Shown here: one piece after another, positions 39,542 to 51,647 of the stretch
How the letters are laid out: the number at the start of each line of letters is the position of its first letter
How positions within the stretch are numbered: position 1 is the first letter of the stretch
NCBI RefSeq assembly: GCF_030144855.1
Contig: NC_082710.1
Span: 153,078,001-153,142,000 of the forward strand
DNA: 64,000 bases
From: Hypanus sabinus
Lineage: Eukaryota
Direction: 5' to 3'
Notes under the pieces: generated by a model
Databases searched by the model: none
Told to the model about the DNA's origin: nothing
What the model saw: the letters and a program-made list of their open reading frames with translations, nothing else
Translations under genes and position numbers: made by a program

Positions 39542-40502
39542 ATTCTTCAATTAGTTAATACATCATCGTTATGTGCCAAACATTCATTAATACAATTTAA
39601 GGTCATACATTGGGCCCATATGTCCAAGGATAAATTAGCTCATTTTTACTCTCATATTAGTCCTGTTTGTGATAGATGTCATTCTGAAATGGCGTCTTTA
39701 ACTCATATGTTTTGGTCTTGTTCATTTTTGGAGAAATATTGGAAAGATATTTTTGATATTATTTCTGCGGTTTTGAATATCGATTTACAACCTCATCCTA
39801 TTACCGCAATTTTTGGTTTACCAATGTTAGACTCACTGCATTTATCTTCTTCTGCCCGTCGAATGATTGTGTTTCTAACTCTGATGGCTAGAAGATCTAT
39901 ATTGTTGAATCGGAAAGAAATTAATCCTCCCACTGTATTTAATTGGTTCTCCCAAATTATGTTATGTTTAAATTTAGAAAAAATTAGAAGTGGTACTTTT
40001 GAGACTTCTATTAAATTTGAAAAGTTATGGAGACCATTTATTCAACATTTTCATATGATGTAATATGACACTGTGCCAAGTTCATTTGATTTCCCAGCTT
40101 TTAGCTTATGTATTTTGAGAGGACCGGAAGTGACAGCATTGATGAATACTTATTTTTGTGAGATATTATAAACAGCCCCCTTTTTATTCTCTCTTTTTTT
40201 GCTTCTTTTTTCTTTTATATTAGTTATTAGTTATTAGATTAGATTAGCTAGTTTTGCATTATATATATTTTTTTTCTTTCTTTTTTCTGTTTTCTTTATA
40301 TCATATATTATGAAATATTTAGACTTACCATGTTCATACATATATTTCATGGCTTATGTCTTGGTAAACTCATTTATATTGTAACTAATGTGTATGTTTT
40401 TTTTCATATGTAATGGAATTTGTATGTTGGTAATTTCTTTATCAATATATCATTTGTATTCTGTCCATATTACTAATATTAAGAAAAAGATTTAGAAAGA
40501 AA
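39541..40502 (+). repeat. Tandem second copy of the L1 3' ~1 kb (duplicates 38538-39540)
   Basis: Restarts at aattcttcaattagttaatac (as at 38538). ORF 39620..40063 is nearly identical to the C-terminus of 38263..39060. Confidence 0.95.
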
Positions 40503-41028
40503 GAGAAAAGATACACTGAATCCAGTTGACAGGAGTTATTGAGGCCAAGATCTTGGAGCTTATTGATTAGCTTTGAGGGGATTCTAGCAATGAAAGCCGA
40601 GCTGTAATCGATAATGAAGATCCTGATGTATGCATCTTTGCTGTCCAAATGTTCTAGGATTGAGTGAAGAGCCAATGAGATGCATCTGCTGTGGACCTGT
40701 TGCTCTGATAGGCAAATTAGAGTGGATCCAAGTCACCTCTCCCTCAGGAACTGATATGTTTCATCAGCAGCCTCTCAAACCATTCATCACTGTGAATGTA
40801 AGGGCAGCATTGGGGCAGGTCACTATGCTGTTCTTGGGCACCTGTTAAATTGAAGACTACCTGAAGCAGTGGGTACCATATACTTCTGACGTGAGAGGTT
40901 AAAGATCTCAGTGAACACACCAGCACAGGTCTTTGGTACAAGGCCAGGTACCCTGTCTGATCAGATCTGGATGCTTTCTGTGGATTCACCCTCTGAAAGC
41001 AGCTTGCACATCAGCTTGAGATACTGAG

Positions 41029-41880
41029 TGTTACCATGGTTCAGATATGGCCCAAGTGCAGAGTGAGAGACACTGAAGTGGGTCGATATTTCACAAAACT
41101 TTAATGCGAGCAGTGTTCAAGGAAAAATAAAACAATAAAGCTAGGTCAAACTGGACTGTTGGCTAAAACTCTCAACAGAAAACAAAAGCTACACTGCGGC
41201 TGAAAAGAACATCTAATTATTAAACAAATACTGCAAGTCGTCAGAGTCAGTTGACTCTGCAGTCCAATTTCTTGGGCAAGGCCGATGCAAAACAAAAGTG
41301 AAGCATTACTGTGCCCTATCCAAGTCTAGACAAGCTCTATGATGACAGGTATGCTGTTAAGTACTGTTACGATTAAATAATAATTAGCTGACGCATGCAA
41401 ATTCACAAGTTCAATTGCCGTATCTACTGTGCTGCTGTATCTGTGGTTGTGACAGAGCCCCCCTCTCGAGGCGCAGCCCCTGGGATGCCACAGACCAGTG
41501 TGCGCTGGAGTCTCAGATCAACGACTTGTCCAAGATATCCTTTTTCAGGATCCAAGTACATTCTTCTGGGCCATACCCTTCCCAGTCCAAAAGGTACTGG
41601 ACCTGACCACATATCCGGCGAGATGCCAGGAGGTGCCGCACAGTATAGACATGGGAACCGTCAATGAGGCAGGGAGGAGGGAGTGGGGTGACTGAGACAA
41701 GGGGAGAGGTAGTAACCAGCTTGAGATGGGAAACATGGAATACTGGGTGGATCATCAGTGATGCTGGAAGACGCAATCAATAGGGCACATTGTTTACAGC
41801 CTTTTCCACTACAAACTGTCCCATGTAGCGTGCTGCCAATTTCCGGTTTTCAACTTTCAGGGGAAGATCCTTGATGCCAA
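41029..41880 (-). mobile_element. Chromovirus-type Gypsy 3' remnant: integrase C-terminus + chromodomain, PPT, 3' LTR (41029-41454)
   Basis: ORF 41513..41776: IHPVFHVSHLK...YTVRHLL..RR....QYLLDWEGYGPEECTW. Polypurine tract gagagggggctc next to the LTR. LTR termini tgttac...gtgaca. Confidence 0.85.
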
Positions 41881-43015
41881 CCAGACCTCCCCTCCTGGCT
41901 TGAATGGCTCTACCTGTTCACAGTGCCTATCAGCCTGCCGGGTTTTCTGTTTTGGGTGCGCAGCAGAGAAGCCCTGGCTCGTCCCCAGGTGCGCTTGTAG
42001 CACTGGAGCAGCTGTTCAGCAGCAGGAACTCCTACGTCGATCTCCTGATCAGGGAAGAACGGGCGTCTGTTCCTGTGCTGTACTATGTTCTATGCTTCTC
42101 TTCATTCACATTTACTCAGGTACTAGTATGACAAATTCCAGCTTGAGGCTGATATCTCACAAAGGCTAGACAATTATTATTTCCAACAAGGGAGAATTGA
42201 GCTACCTGTCTTTGACATTGAAAACTTTATTATTGTTGAATCCTTCACCATAAGTACCTTGGCTGTAGTCATGTAACACATTCCTGCATAGAATGATATC
42301 TAAAGACCACTAGTATTTCCAATGCCTGGAATGATAGCAAGTGTGCTATATGAGTGAAAATTTTGAACTCGACAATACCAACACAATGACTGGACTATTA
42401 CAAAACCTTAGCACTATCCTGTCCAGTTGATCAGTGTCATGTCGGCCATTTATCACTCCTGTAGCACCAATAGAATGGAGCTGCGGTAGATGTTGTCAAC
42501 AGATTCTGCCACAACACTCTGAAGGCCACCAATAATGTAACAGGAGTGGTTGTCAAGCTGGGTTTGAACCAGAATTGTTATGAAGTTCTGTATCTTTAGC
42601 CAGGAGAAACTTAGATTAGTGAACCCAAATGCAGAGAAGACCGGAGCTGAGGATGGAATTGAAGAAAGAACCTATATTTGTGGTTTGGTTAGCAGAGAAC
42701 ACGGGCTAGGACTCGAGAATCACTTCCCAAAGGGTAGGTAAATTCCAGACTGAGCAGAGATGAACAGAACAAAGCAACTTATAGACAAACAAAGCAAGAC
42801 ACAGATGCACAGGTAACTAAAGCAGGACATGGAAATAATCAGCTAATAATCAGGACAGCAGGAACTTTTTGCTTTCTGTCATCTTGTCTACTATTTTTGG
42901 TTTCTCTCTGTCTCTCCCTCCCTCCCATAATGTTCGCAGTGTATCTTGGTTGTTATGGCTGTTTCTGCTGTTTTGTTTGGGCTCTCACAGCTGGATGGCA
43001 AGCATTCCCTTACAG

Positions 43016-44066
43016 CAGGCCTGGGCAAACTATGGCCCGTGGGCCATATGCGGCCCGTTAAGCTTTTTAATCCGGCCCGCAGAACTTGATGAAATTATAT
43101 TAATAAACCTTGTTAACGTTTTTTCCCCGCAATTCTGGCGTTTTCCCAATAGATGACGCACTCTATATACGTTGACCGTTGTTGAGGTGCAGCATATTAC
43201 TCCACATTTGTGCTTTACTCTTTGTTCGGCTCGACCTATTTGTGTGAACAGGCGTTCAGCGTCATGAACATCAACAAAGCCAGCCACTGATCCAAGTTAA
43301 CTGACCAACACCTCAGATCCATCCTGAGAATCGCCACAACAAAACTAAATCCAGACTTTGATGCGCAGGCTAAAAAGGGAGACCAACAACACTGTTCCCA
43401 CTGAAATTAAAAATAAGTTTTTTCGTTGTGTTATGTAAAAAATGCATTTGAAAATATTTTTTTCAATAAGCCTTACATGTTACATGTCATTTCTTTTAAG
43501 TGATGGACATGAGTAGTGCGCAGGTGCACGTACGTTCTCAAAATAAAAAATGCGCTCCAGATCAAATAACGCGCTCCGCATATTGGCGCGCTGTCACTGT
43601 TCTGTCATTGTGCTGGTCGTTGTTGATTTTTGGCACAGGGGACAATTGAATAAGAAGGAGCAGGACAAGTAGACCTGCATCTCCTACCGCTTTTGAAATA
43701 AAGACAGTCAGGAGGAGAGTGATGATGATAATATCTTGAAGGATAACAGAATTTTCAGTGCTTTAAAATAATAACTGTTACTATTTAAAAAAGCTGTATT
43801 TTATTCATTTAATTTTCAGTGTTTTAAAAGCCATTTCAATAAATAGCTAAATACCATGGGACTTCAAAGACAGATATTTTGTTGTAATGCATTTGTTCAT
43901 TTTCAATTGAAATTAAAGCACATGTTTTCTACATATCCCATGATATTTTATTTTCTCTTATGAGGTGTATTACCAAAACACTCCGTCCATCTGCTTCTGG
44001 TCCGGCCCCCCTGTCAAATTTTAGAACCCTTTGTGGCCCACAAGTCAAAAAGTTTGCCCACCCCTA
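43016..44066 (+). mobile_element. Non-autonomous hAT (Charlie/Buster-like) deletion derivative
   Basis: TIRs caggcctgggcaaact and agtttgcccaccccta. Perfect 8-bp TSD ccttacag at 43008-43015 and 44067-44074. It retains a transposase C-terminal remnant FGSTYLCEQAFSVMNINK..LTDQHLRSILRIA at ~43224-43403. Confidence 0.92.
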
Positions 44067-45479
44067 CCTTACAGTGTAGGACTTACTGCATGTAAGAATT
44101 GATTGTCCCTTGCAAGATCCATATCAGATATACAGAGAAGCTGTGATATTGATCCAAACACTTCAAAACAGTTGGAGAGTTTTGGTATCACATGAAAAAC
44201 TGAATTGTAAAAACAAGAGTAATAATCTTACAGTGTTAGTAACAATCAAAGAGCCTTTGTGGACATGCATTTGATCCACAAATAACAAACACATGGATGT
44301 TAATTACCTTTCTCAGCCCGGCAAAGTGTTAAATCCAGCAGCATTGGGGTCAGACCTAGGTTCACCCCAGTGTTGGTCTCTGTCATCAGACACTCCCCAA
44401 TGTTAGGCTGTTGGCTGTGTCCAAGATTCCACAGTGTCAGGGTCTGTTCCACATTCTCCCCACATGCCATGAATTCTCCATTGTGTCAGACTGTGACTCC
44501 AGAAACACCCCTCTCAGGCTTTCTCATCATTCTTCCCCCAATGTTAGGCTCCAAATCTGGACCTTTCCCAATGACAGATTCTCTGTCTGGATGCTTCCAG
44601 TATTGAACATTATCCTGAGATTCTTCACAGTCTGCATGGTATCCCCAGGATATTTCTATATTAGTGATTTTTTTCTTATTGCTGTGACGTTATTTTTTCT
44701 GTTTACTGCAGAATTAACTTAGACTGTTCAGGAACCAAAAGGTCTGCATAGATAGCCGAAAGGGAACCTATTAGTTGCTCTTCAGTTGGAAATGTACTGT
44801 GTGGTGTTGTGGCTACAGTACTGTTAGGATCTTCACAGACAGGCAGAGGACCTTGTGCATCCAAGTGATCTATCACAGTCTATAACCAGCTTGTGAAGTT
44901 TCTTCATTAATAACCCAGCATTTATTGTCATTGCACAAAGAGTTCATTGGTTTGATGGTAAATATGAACAAAAACTAATATTTACAAGTGAATATATGTC
45001 ATAACAGCCTTCATTTTATTAATGAGCATAATTGATTTAATGTACTGTTCTACAAAGTTATTTTAAAAACAAAGGCAATTTATTATTTTTATTTTTATTT
45101 TATTATTTATTATTGCCATATGTACCAAGATACAGTGAAAAACTTCATTCGGACTTCAAGACCACATGAATAGTGATTTGGCAGGATCACTGAAAGTTTC
45201 ATGCTTGTAACATGGGCATTGAAAATTTTAGACCTTAGTTCAGATGTTGGGAGTTTCTGATGTTACAATACGGTCTAAAAGCTTCACCTGAAACCATTCA
45301 GGGCAATTTGTTACCTTCAAGCGCAGAGTGTACAAGTACAGGATGTGAGAGTGACCATTGCAAGCAGATACCACTCCCGTGTAAAAGGGCCAAGCCCACT
45401 TACTTCTGAAATTGGAATGGATGAAAAATGTGACGTATGTAACTGTTTAAGGCACCATGGGTGTGCAGCTTTAAGCATG

Positions 45480-45712
45480 GTGCTATTCCAGCTCTGGGCT
45501 TCAGGTATCAGAGCTCTCGTCTGTGCGGAGTTTTTACGGTCTCCTCATGACCATGTGGGTTTCCTCCCACAGTGCAGACATACCAATTAGTGGGTTAATT
45601 GGTCATTGTAAATTGTCCTGTAATTAGGCTAGTGTTAAATAGATGGGTTGTTTGGTGGCACAGATCGTTGGGCCAGAAGGGCCTTTTCTGCACTGTATCT
45701 CTAAATAAATAG
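45480..45712 (+). mobile_element. V-SINE/HE1-like SINE fragment
   Basis: Contains the conserved V-domain-like core gtgggtttcctcccacagt...ttaattggtcattgtaaattgtcc and a taaataaata tail. Confidence 0.65.
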
Positions 45713-45827
45713 ATCTGGAAAGGGAAACATTTTATGGGATAGAAAGGGATAACTCTCATTTCATCACAATAAAATAGTGTAAAGCAAACTTGATGCTTCC
45801 TGGGTGTTACAAGAAAGCCCTTTTTCA

Positions 45828-45907
45828 GAAAGTGAAATTGATGAATGATAAATCTTAGTCCATTGTTATTAGTGGCTGGAAGTCTGTTCCGTTTCTAAAA
45901 GTGAAAC
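45828..45907 (+). promoter_or_regulatory. Pair of IRF/ISRE-like motifs
   Basis: gaaagtgaaa at 45828-45837 and aaaagtgaaac at 45897-45907, in unique non-repeat DNA. Motif match only. Confidence 0.3.
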
Positions 45908-48900
45908 AGGAACAGTGGTTTGGGAAAAATTAGTACATTATAGTAAATAAACACTCAATACATACACAAAGTGGGCACACAATCTCAGTTTTCTTTTTAG
46001 TGGATAATAATTTTTTTCAGAGCTCATGAGAAGGAGAATTGTAATTAATAGCATTCAGAAATTGAATCATTGTACTGATTGAAAATATATGGTAGAGAAA
46101 GAAAATGTAGCATCAGTTATTTATTTACTGTATATTTATTTAATGATACAGCATCGAACAGGCCCTTTTGGACTTCAGGTCACACCGTTCCAGCAACCCC
46201 CAACCAACCAGATTAACTCCACGCATTCCATGGAGATCATTACAGATCGGCGCCAGAATTGAACTCTGAACTCCAGAAAACCCTGAGCTGTAATAGCATT
46301 ACTCTAACTGCTCTGCTATCATGGCACCTGTATACATTTTAATACCTTTCTAATCAGAATCAGCAAAGTGTAGGACAGAAAAGTAATTTGATTGTTTTTT
46401 CATGGCAATGTTTGTGGTCTTGTGATGAAGGAATAGACATGAGGTAGCCCAGCCTCCCTCAAGGAAATCCAGATCAAGTAGCAAAAGTATTCAAGCAATC
46501 CACAATCGGTTGACAAGATCAGTTGATAGCCCAAGTACGGCCCATGTTGAAAGTTACCATTGGCCTTTTATTGGGATACTACTACCTGTATATGTGCTAA
46601 AGTGAAGCAACAAAAACTGAAAAAGTCTAGGTCATATTTGCACTGAAAACTGTGTTCTTAATATGTTACATTGCTCACAAATCACCAGATGAAAAGGTTA
46701 AATAGCTCAGAGGGTCTGCCCCCTGCCTCCTCCCCATAGTGTACCTCTACTGTCCCATTCCCTTCTCTCCAACTCCTCAATAAGTTGTCAATGTGCACTG
46801 GTGATCTATTGGGACCTTGGTAAATGTATATCTGGATGGATGGTGGCCCTGAGCTTAATTTGTAACACAGGCCCAGACATTAATTTGAACACATTGCTGC
46901 TCAGTTCAAGAATTCACAAGGGAAGTAACACCGAGAGGACATAGCTTTAACTGAGAAATTTTGAATAATGAAAATGAAAGCCAATGGATATAGGCCAATG
47001 GCAAGCAAATGGAACTAGCTTAGCTGGGCACCTTAGTCGACATGGAGAAGTTGATCTGACAGGACAATTTCTATGCTGGTCTACTCTGACTTTTAAACAA
47101 AGTATTGGTTAATTGATTGATCAAGTCATACAGCATGGAAAAAGCACTGTTCAGTCCACCATTTCCACACCAATTAGTGATCACCCATCTGTATTAATCT
47201 CACCTTCCACACTTAGCCTGTAGCTTCCATATGGGTAATTCAAGTGTATATCTAGACACTCCTTGAGTGCTATCAATGGCTCTCTTTCCACCGCTCTCTC
47301 AGGCAATTCATTCCAGCACTCTCTTGGTAAAACCCAGTACAGTTTTCCTCACATCCTAAGCTAGCAACAAAGTAAATTTCCTTAGTGATGGGTAAGCAGT
47401 TCTGATCAGCTATTTCAGTCCTGGGAGCTCAGCAAACAAATGATCCCAGTATTATCAGTGCAAAGACATTGTGTTCTTGATGGTCTGAAGCTACACAGTG
47501 GCTGAGAAGGTGGTCACTCTACACCTTGTCAACAGTGGACTTGTAATTCTCTTGGTACTGATATCCAGAAGCACAGGAAACCCAAATCCAAAGTTAAGAA
47601 CAAAGTTTGACTTATCTGCAGACCAGGCCAAAGGCAAATGCCTTAATCTCTCTGCAATTTGGTAAAAAGACTTGCTCCTAACCCAGTGTTTACAATGGTA
47701 ATGTCTATAAGTTCTGATCTGTGTACTCATGAATCAATATGGGGATTTAACCAGACTTAATCTGTGTCCTCTTAGAAAGCGGCAGCATGGAAGCAGGTCC
47801 CTCACCACACCATTCATGAGCATTGGACACCTACTTTACGCTAATCTATTTTACTGATCTCCATGTACCTGTCCATGAGTCTCTTAAAAGACCCTATCGT
47901 ATCCACCTCCACCATTGTCGCCAGCAGCCCATTCCACGTACTCACCACTCTCTGCGTAAAAAAACTTACCCCTGACATCTCTGTACCTACTTCCAGCACC
48001 TGAAAACTGTGCCCTCTTGTGCTAGCCATTTCAGTCCTGGGGAAAAGGGATCATTACAGTAAATTTCTCCTTCCTCTGCAAAACTCCTCAACTTATAATC
48101 ACAGACTCTATCCATGAAGGGATGGGGTAGGGGGGGTTTCAGCAATCCTTCAGATAAAGTTCGCCCAAATCTCCAAAACTTTCCAGTGAATGAACTGGGA
48201 AATAGACTATTCCCAGGCTGAGGAGGTAACGCACTCTTCCACTCACTGACAACAGGACACTGTGTGGAGAATGGATTACTCTCAGTGTGGAATTCTTGCT
48301 GCCAATTCCAGGACAGATTCTCCCAAGACAAGTACAACAGGCCACTTGGGAACAATAGGAGGAAGAGAGTGGGAGAATGAAATAATCAAGAGGTGTGGAG
48401 CGGGTGTAGGAGGAACTGGCTGGATCAGGAGGAGAGACAACAAGAAGCAGGAGGAAGCAGATTGTCTTAACTGAGGACAGGTAAGAAAAACTTTACATTA
48501 ATTTAATTAAGATGGTAACTATGATTCTAATAACGTGTGTTCAACTTTTTTTATTTCTATAATTAAACAATCAATAATCCAGCACACCTAGGTTTTTGGT
48601 GGTATCAGACCAATGGATATTCTAGAGTATTGGATATTACTCCTATCAGCTCTTCAACATGTTTTCACATGGTACACATGGGATAATACATTTTCCAGTG
48701 ATCCCAGGGAGTTTATAGGCAATAGGACGTGGAGACTGGTGAGAGTACATGACAGGTCTGCAGGATGCTGCCTGGATTAGAGGCTATGAACTTTAAAGAA
48801 AGGTTGGATAATTTTTTTACCATAGAACATCAAAGACTGAGGTGAGAACTGATTGAGAGGTTTAAAATTATGAGAGGAATAGACAGGTTGGACAGTCAGA

Positions 48901-50461
48901 ATCTATTCCTGAGGGTAGGAATGTCAAACACCAAAGAGCATACTTTCAAAGTTAGAGGGGAGAATCTTTTTACAGAGAGTGGTAGGTGCTTGGTGATCAG
49001 AGATAGTAGATCAATTAAGCAGTTTGATGGGGTTTAAGGGCTTTTAGATAGACACAATATGAAGGGTATGGATGATACACCAGAGGAGGGCGTTTAGTAT
49101 GAATTAGCATTAAGATCAGCACAACTTCATGGGATGAATGACTTATCCACTGTTCTATGCATACAGTCAGTTGGACCTTGTTCCAAGCAGAAACCAAACC
49201 TGGTTATGATATAAGAACATAAGAAATAGGAGCAGGTGTAGGCCATCCGGCCCATCAAGCCAGCCCCACCATTCAATAAGGTCATGGTTGATTTGTCCGT
49301 AAATTCAGCTCCATCTAACTGCCTTTTCCTCATAACCCTTAATTCCTTCCTATGTAAAAACCTATCTAACTGTTTCTTTGATATTTTTAGTGAAGAAGCC
49401 ACAACTGCTTTCCTGGGCAGAGCATTCCACAGATACACCACTCTCTGGGAAAAACTGTTTCTCCTCATTTCCATCCTAAATCTTCTTTGGATATTGGGGA
49501 TGGGCATCAGTGGAATCTGTGGAGAGAATTTGTTTTTCAATCCAAGTGAAGTTGAACTTCAACATGACAGGCTGTAAGGCAAGCCAATTAACAACTAAGG
49601 TGTAGGATTAATGATGAGGTACAGGGAGTGGCAGTGCAGCCAATACTATGGCTCAGTGGGCAAGGACTACAGTCAAAGTTCTTTCTGATATTACACATGG
49701 AGGGGCTGCTTAAATTCTTATCTTTAATGTCTCTTTTTTACCTTTTGAAGGTGGCTGGGGTTCTGCTGGAGTCTGTGATCTACAGCTACACTCAAATGAT
49801 GGTTCTTTATGGCAGGGGGTTCCCGTTTCTGCAGCTCACCAATTGGCCGTTTTTGATATCTCCAGGACTGGCTTGAAAGACGTGTGGCTTCGGGGTGTGA
49901 CCTCAAGTGGCCCCTGTGGACTCAATTCCTTGCTGGTGTCAACAACTGAAGCATCGCAGGAGAACAACTGATGGAACATCGTGACAGCAGGTACAGCTGT
50001 CGGAGGCCTCTGCATTGCCTGTGTCTCTCGTTGGAGAAACTTGGAATAAAAGCAACAGTGCAGATTGTAACATATTGGTCTCCCCTCTCTCTGTGGAAAG
50101 GGTGCCATCTCTCTTTCTCCCTTTTAAGTGAGAAAGTGAGTCTGTGCCATGTCATATTGTTGGGAGAGCAATGGTTTTTGTTGGACTGCAAATCATGGTC
50201 TCACTTTGGGGGCTTGTTTTTGCTTGCTTGGCAGGTGGTGGCCATTGATGTTTCCTGCTGTAACAAGTGGGGCAAGGGGGAGAGAGGAGGGTTGATGCTT
50301 TGTTGCTGCATGTGCATGGGGGGGCCTTTGGGGTTCTAACATTTTTGTGTTATTCTTACTTTGGGGTTTTCTTGTTTCGTGGATGTTGGTGAAGAGTAAG
50401 AATTTGAGGTTGTACACAGTATACATTCTCTGATATTAAATGAGCCATTTATTTTTTAAAG

Positions 50462-50494
50462 AAAGCTTCCCTGCTGACTGTGCAGCTCACCAAG
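50462..50494 (+). other. Candidate 33-nt mini-exon, copy 1 (orphan)
   Basis: ttattttttaaag|AAAGCTTCCCTGCTGACTGTGCAGCTCACCAAG|gtacga. Confidence 0.3.
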
Positions 50495-51647
50495 GTACGA
50501 CAATCCTGTTGGGAAAAATATCTACCTACAGCTTTACGCTTTCTCTCACTGAAGCTTCAAAGCTAAAACCTCAAAATCCCCACTCCAACTATCCACTCGA
50601 ACGATAGCTACTGCACTTGCTCCTGCCTTCATTTAATTTCTTCTTACCAATCAATGCTGATCACTGATTGGCCATTGCTCAAAACATCAAACTGCCATGA
50701 GCCAATGCCTTATGTACTCAATCAGCGAATCTGAGTGAGCTACGTCTTCTCACGCTTTGGTTCTCTGGTATTCCGTTGCTCAAAACACCAAACTGCCACG
50801 TGTCAATGCTTTATATACTCAACTGGCAAACTTAAGAGAGCTACATCTTCTCAGGCTCTGTACCTCTGCTAGAAACATCAAGATCGCTCAGTACATGTGG
50901 AGAAAGAAAAAATGTTTAGTTTCAGCAGAGCTGAAGTAGGAGAGAAACGTTAGGAAGAAAGATAAAGCATACAAAGCACCTCCCCCTGATGACAGATGGT
51001 ATCTGTTCACTGACTGTGCAATGCTGCTCCTTCAGTACCCCAAAACTTTTGTCTTCCCCTCCACAGTACATGGCCCCATTGACAGTGTAGTACTCCCCTC
51101 CCCCGTTTCTGAGGGTGTCACACTACCACCACCATTTGACCACACCACAGTCTCAGATTAGACATTCCTTAGTTCTTAATGATTGCATTATTCGGGTTGG
51201 TAATGATTACATTACTAGGGACAGAGATACAGATCCTTGAATCTCACACTGACAATTGGTTAAAAAGCTTGACGGATCTTCTGTGCTTTGATCTCTAGTG
51301 GTAAAGAAAATGAGAGGGGGAAAATTCGGGCAAAGAGTGAAAAAATATAGAATATAAGACCATAGATATAGGAAGAGAATTGACCTATTTTGCCCTTCTG
51401 TACTGCTCCATCATCAAATCATGGCTGATTATTTTCGGAACTCCATTCACCCTTCTGTTACCCAATACCCTTCACCCTCTTACCAATCGAGGACCTATCA
51501 ATCTCTGCCTAAAATACCCGAACAAATTTGCTTTCACAGCCCTTAGTGGAAACAAATTCCACAGATTCAGGCTGAAAAAATTCCTCCTCATTCCAGAATT
51601 AAAAAGAAGTCCCTTTATTCAAACACGTGCCCTCAGATCCTAGAGTC

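Noticed and set aside
47490-47700. Plus-strand frame with V-domain-like rhythm (RTKFDLSADQAKGKCLNLSAI..D...C)
   Set aside because: Internal stops, no canonical first Cys/Trp or YxC, and no splice boundaries.
47987-48355. 122-aa minus-strand ORF in partly unique DNA
   Set aside because: No recognisable domain, no exon boundaries, and its end runs into a CR1 tail.
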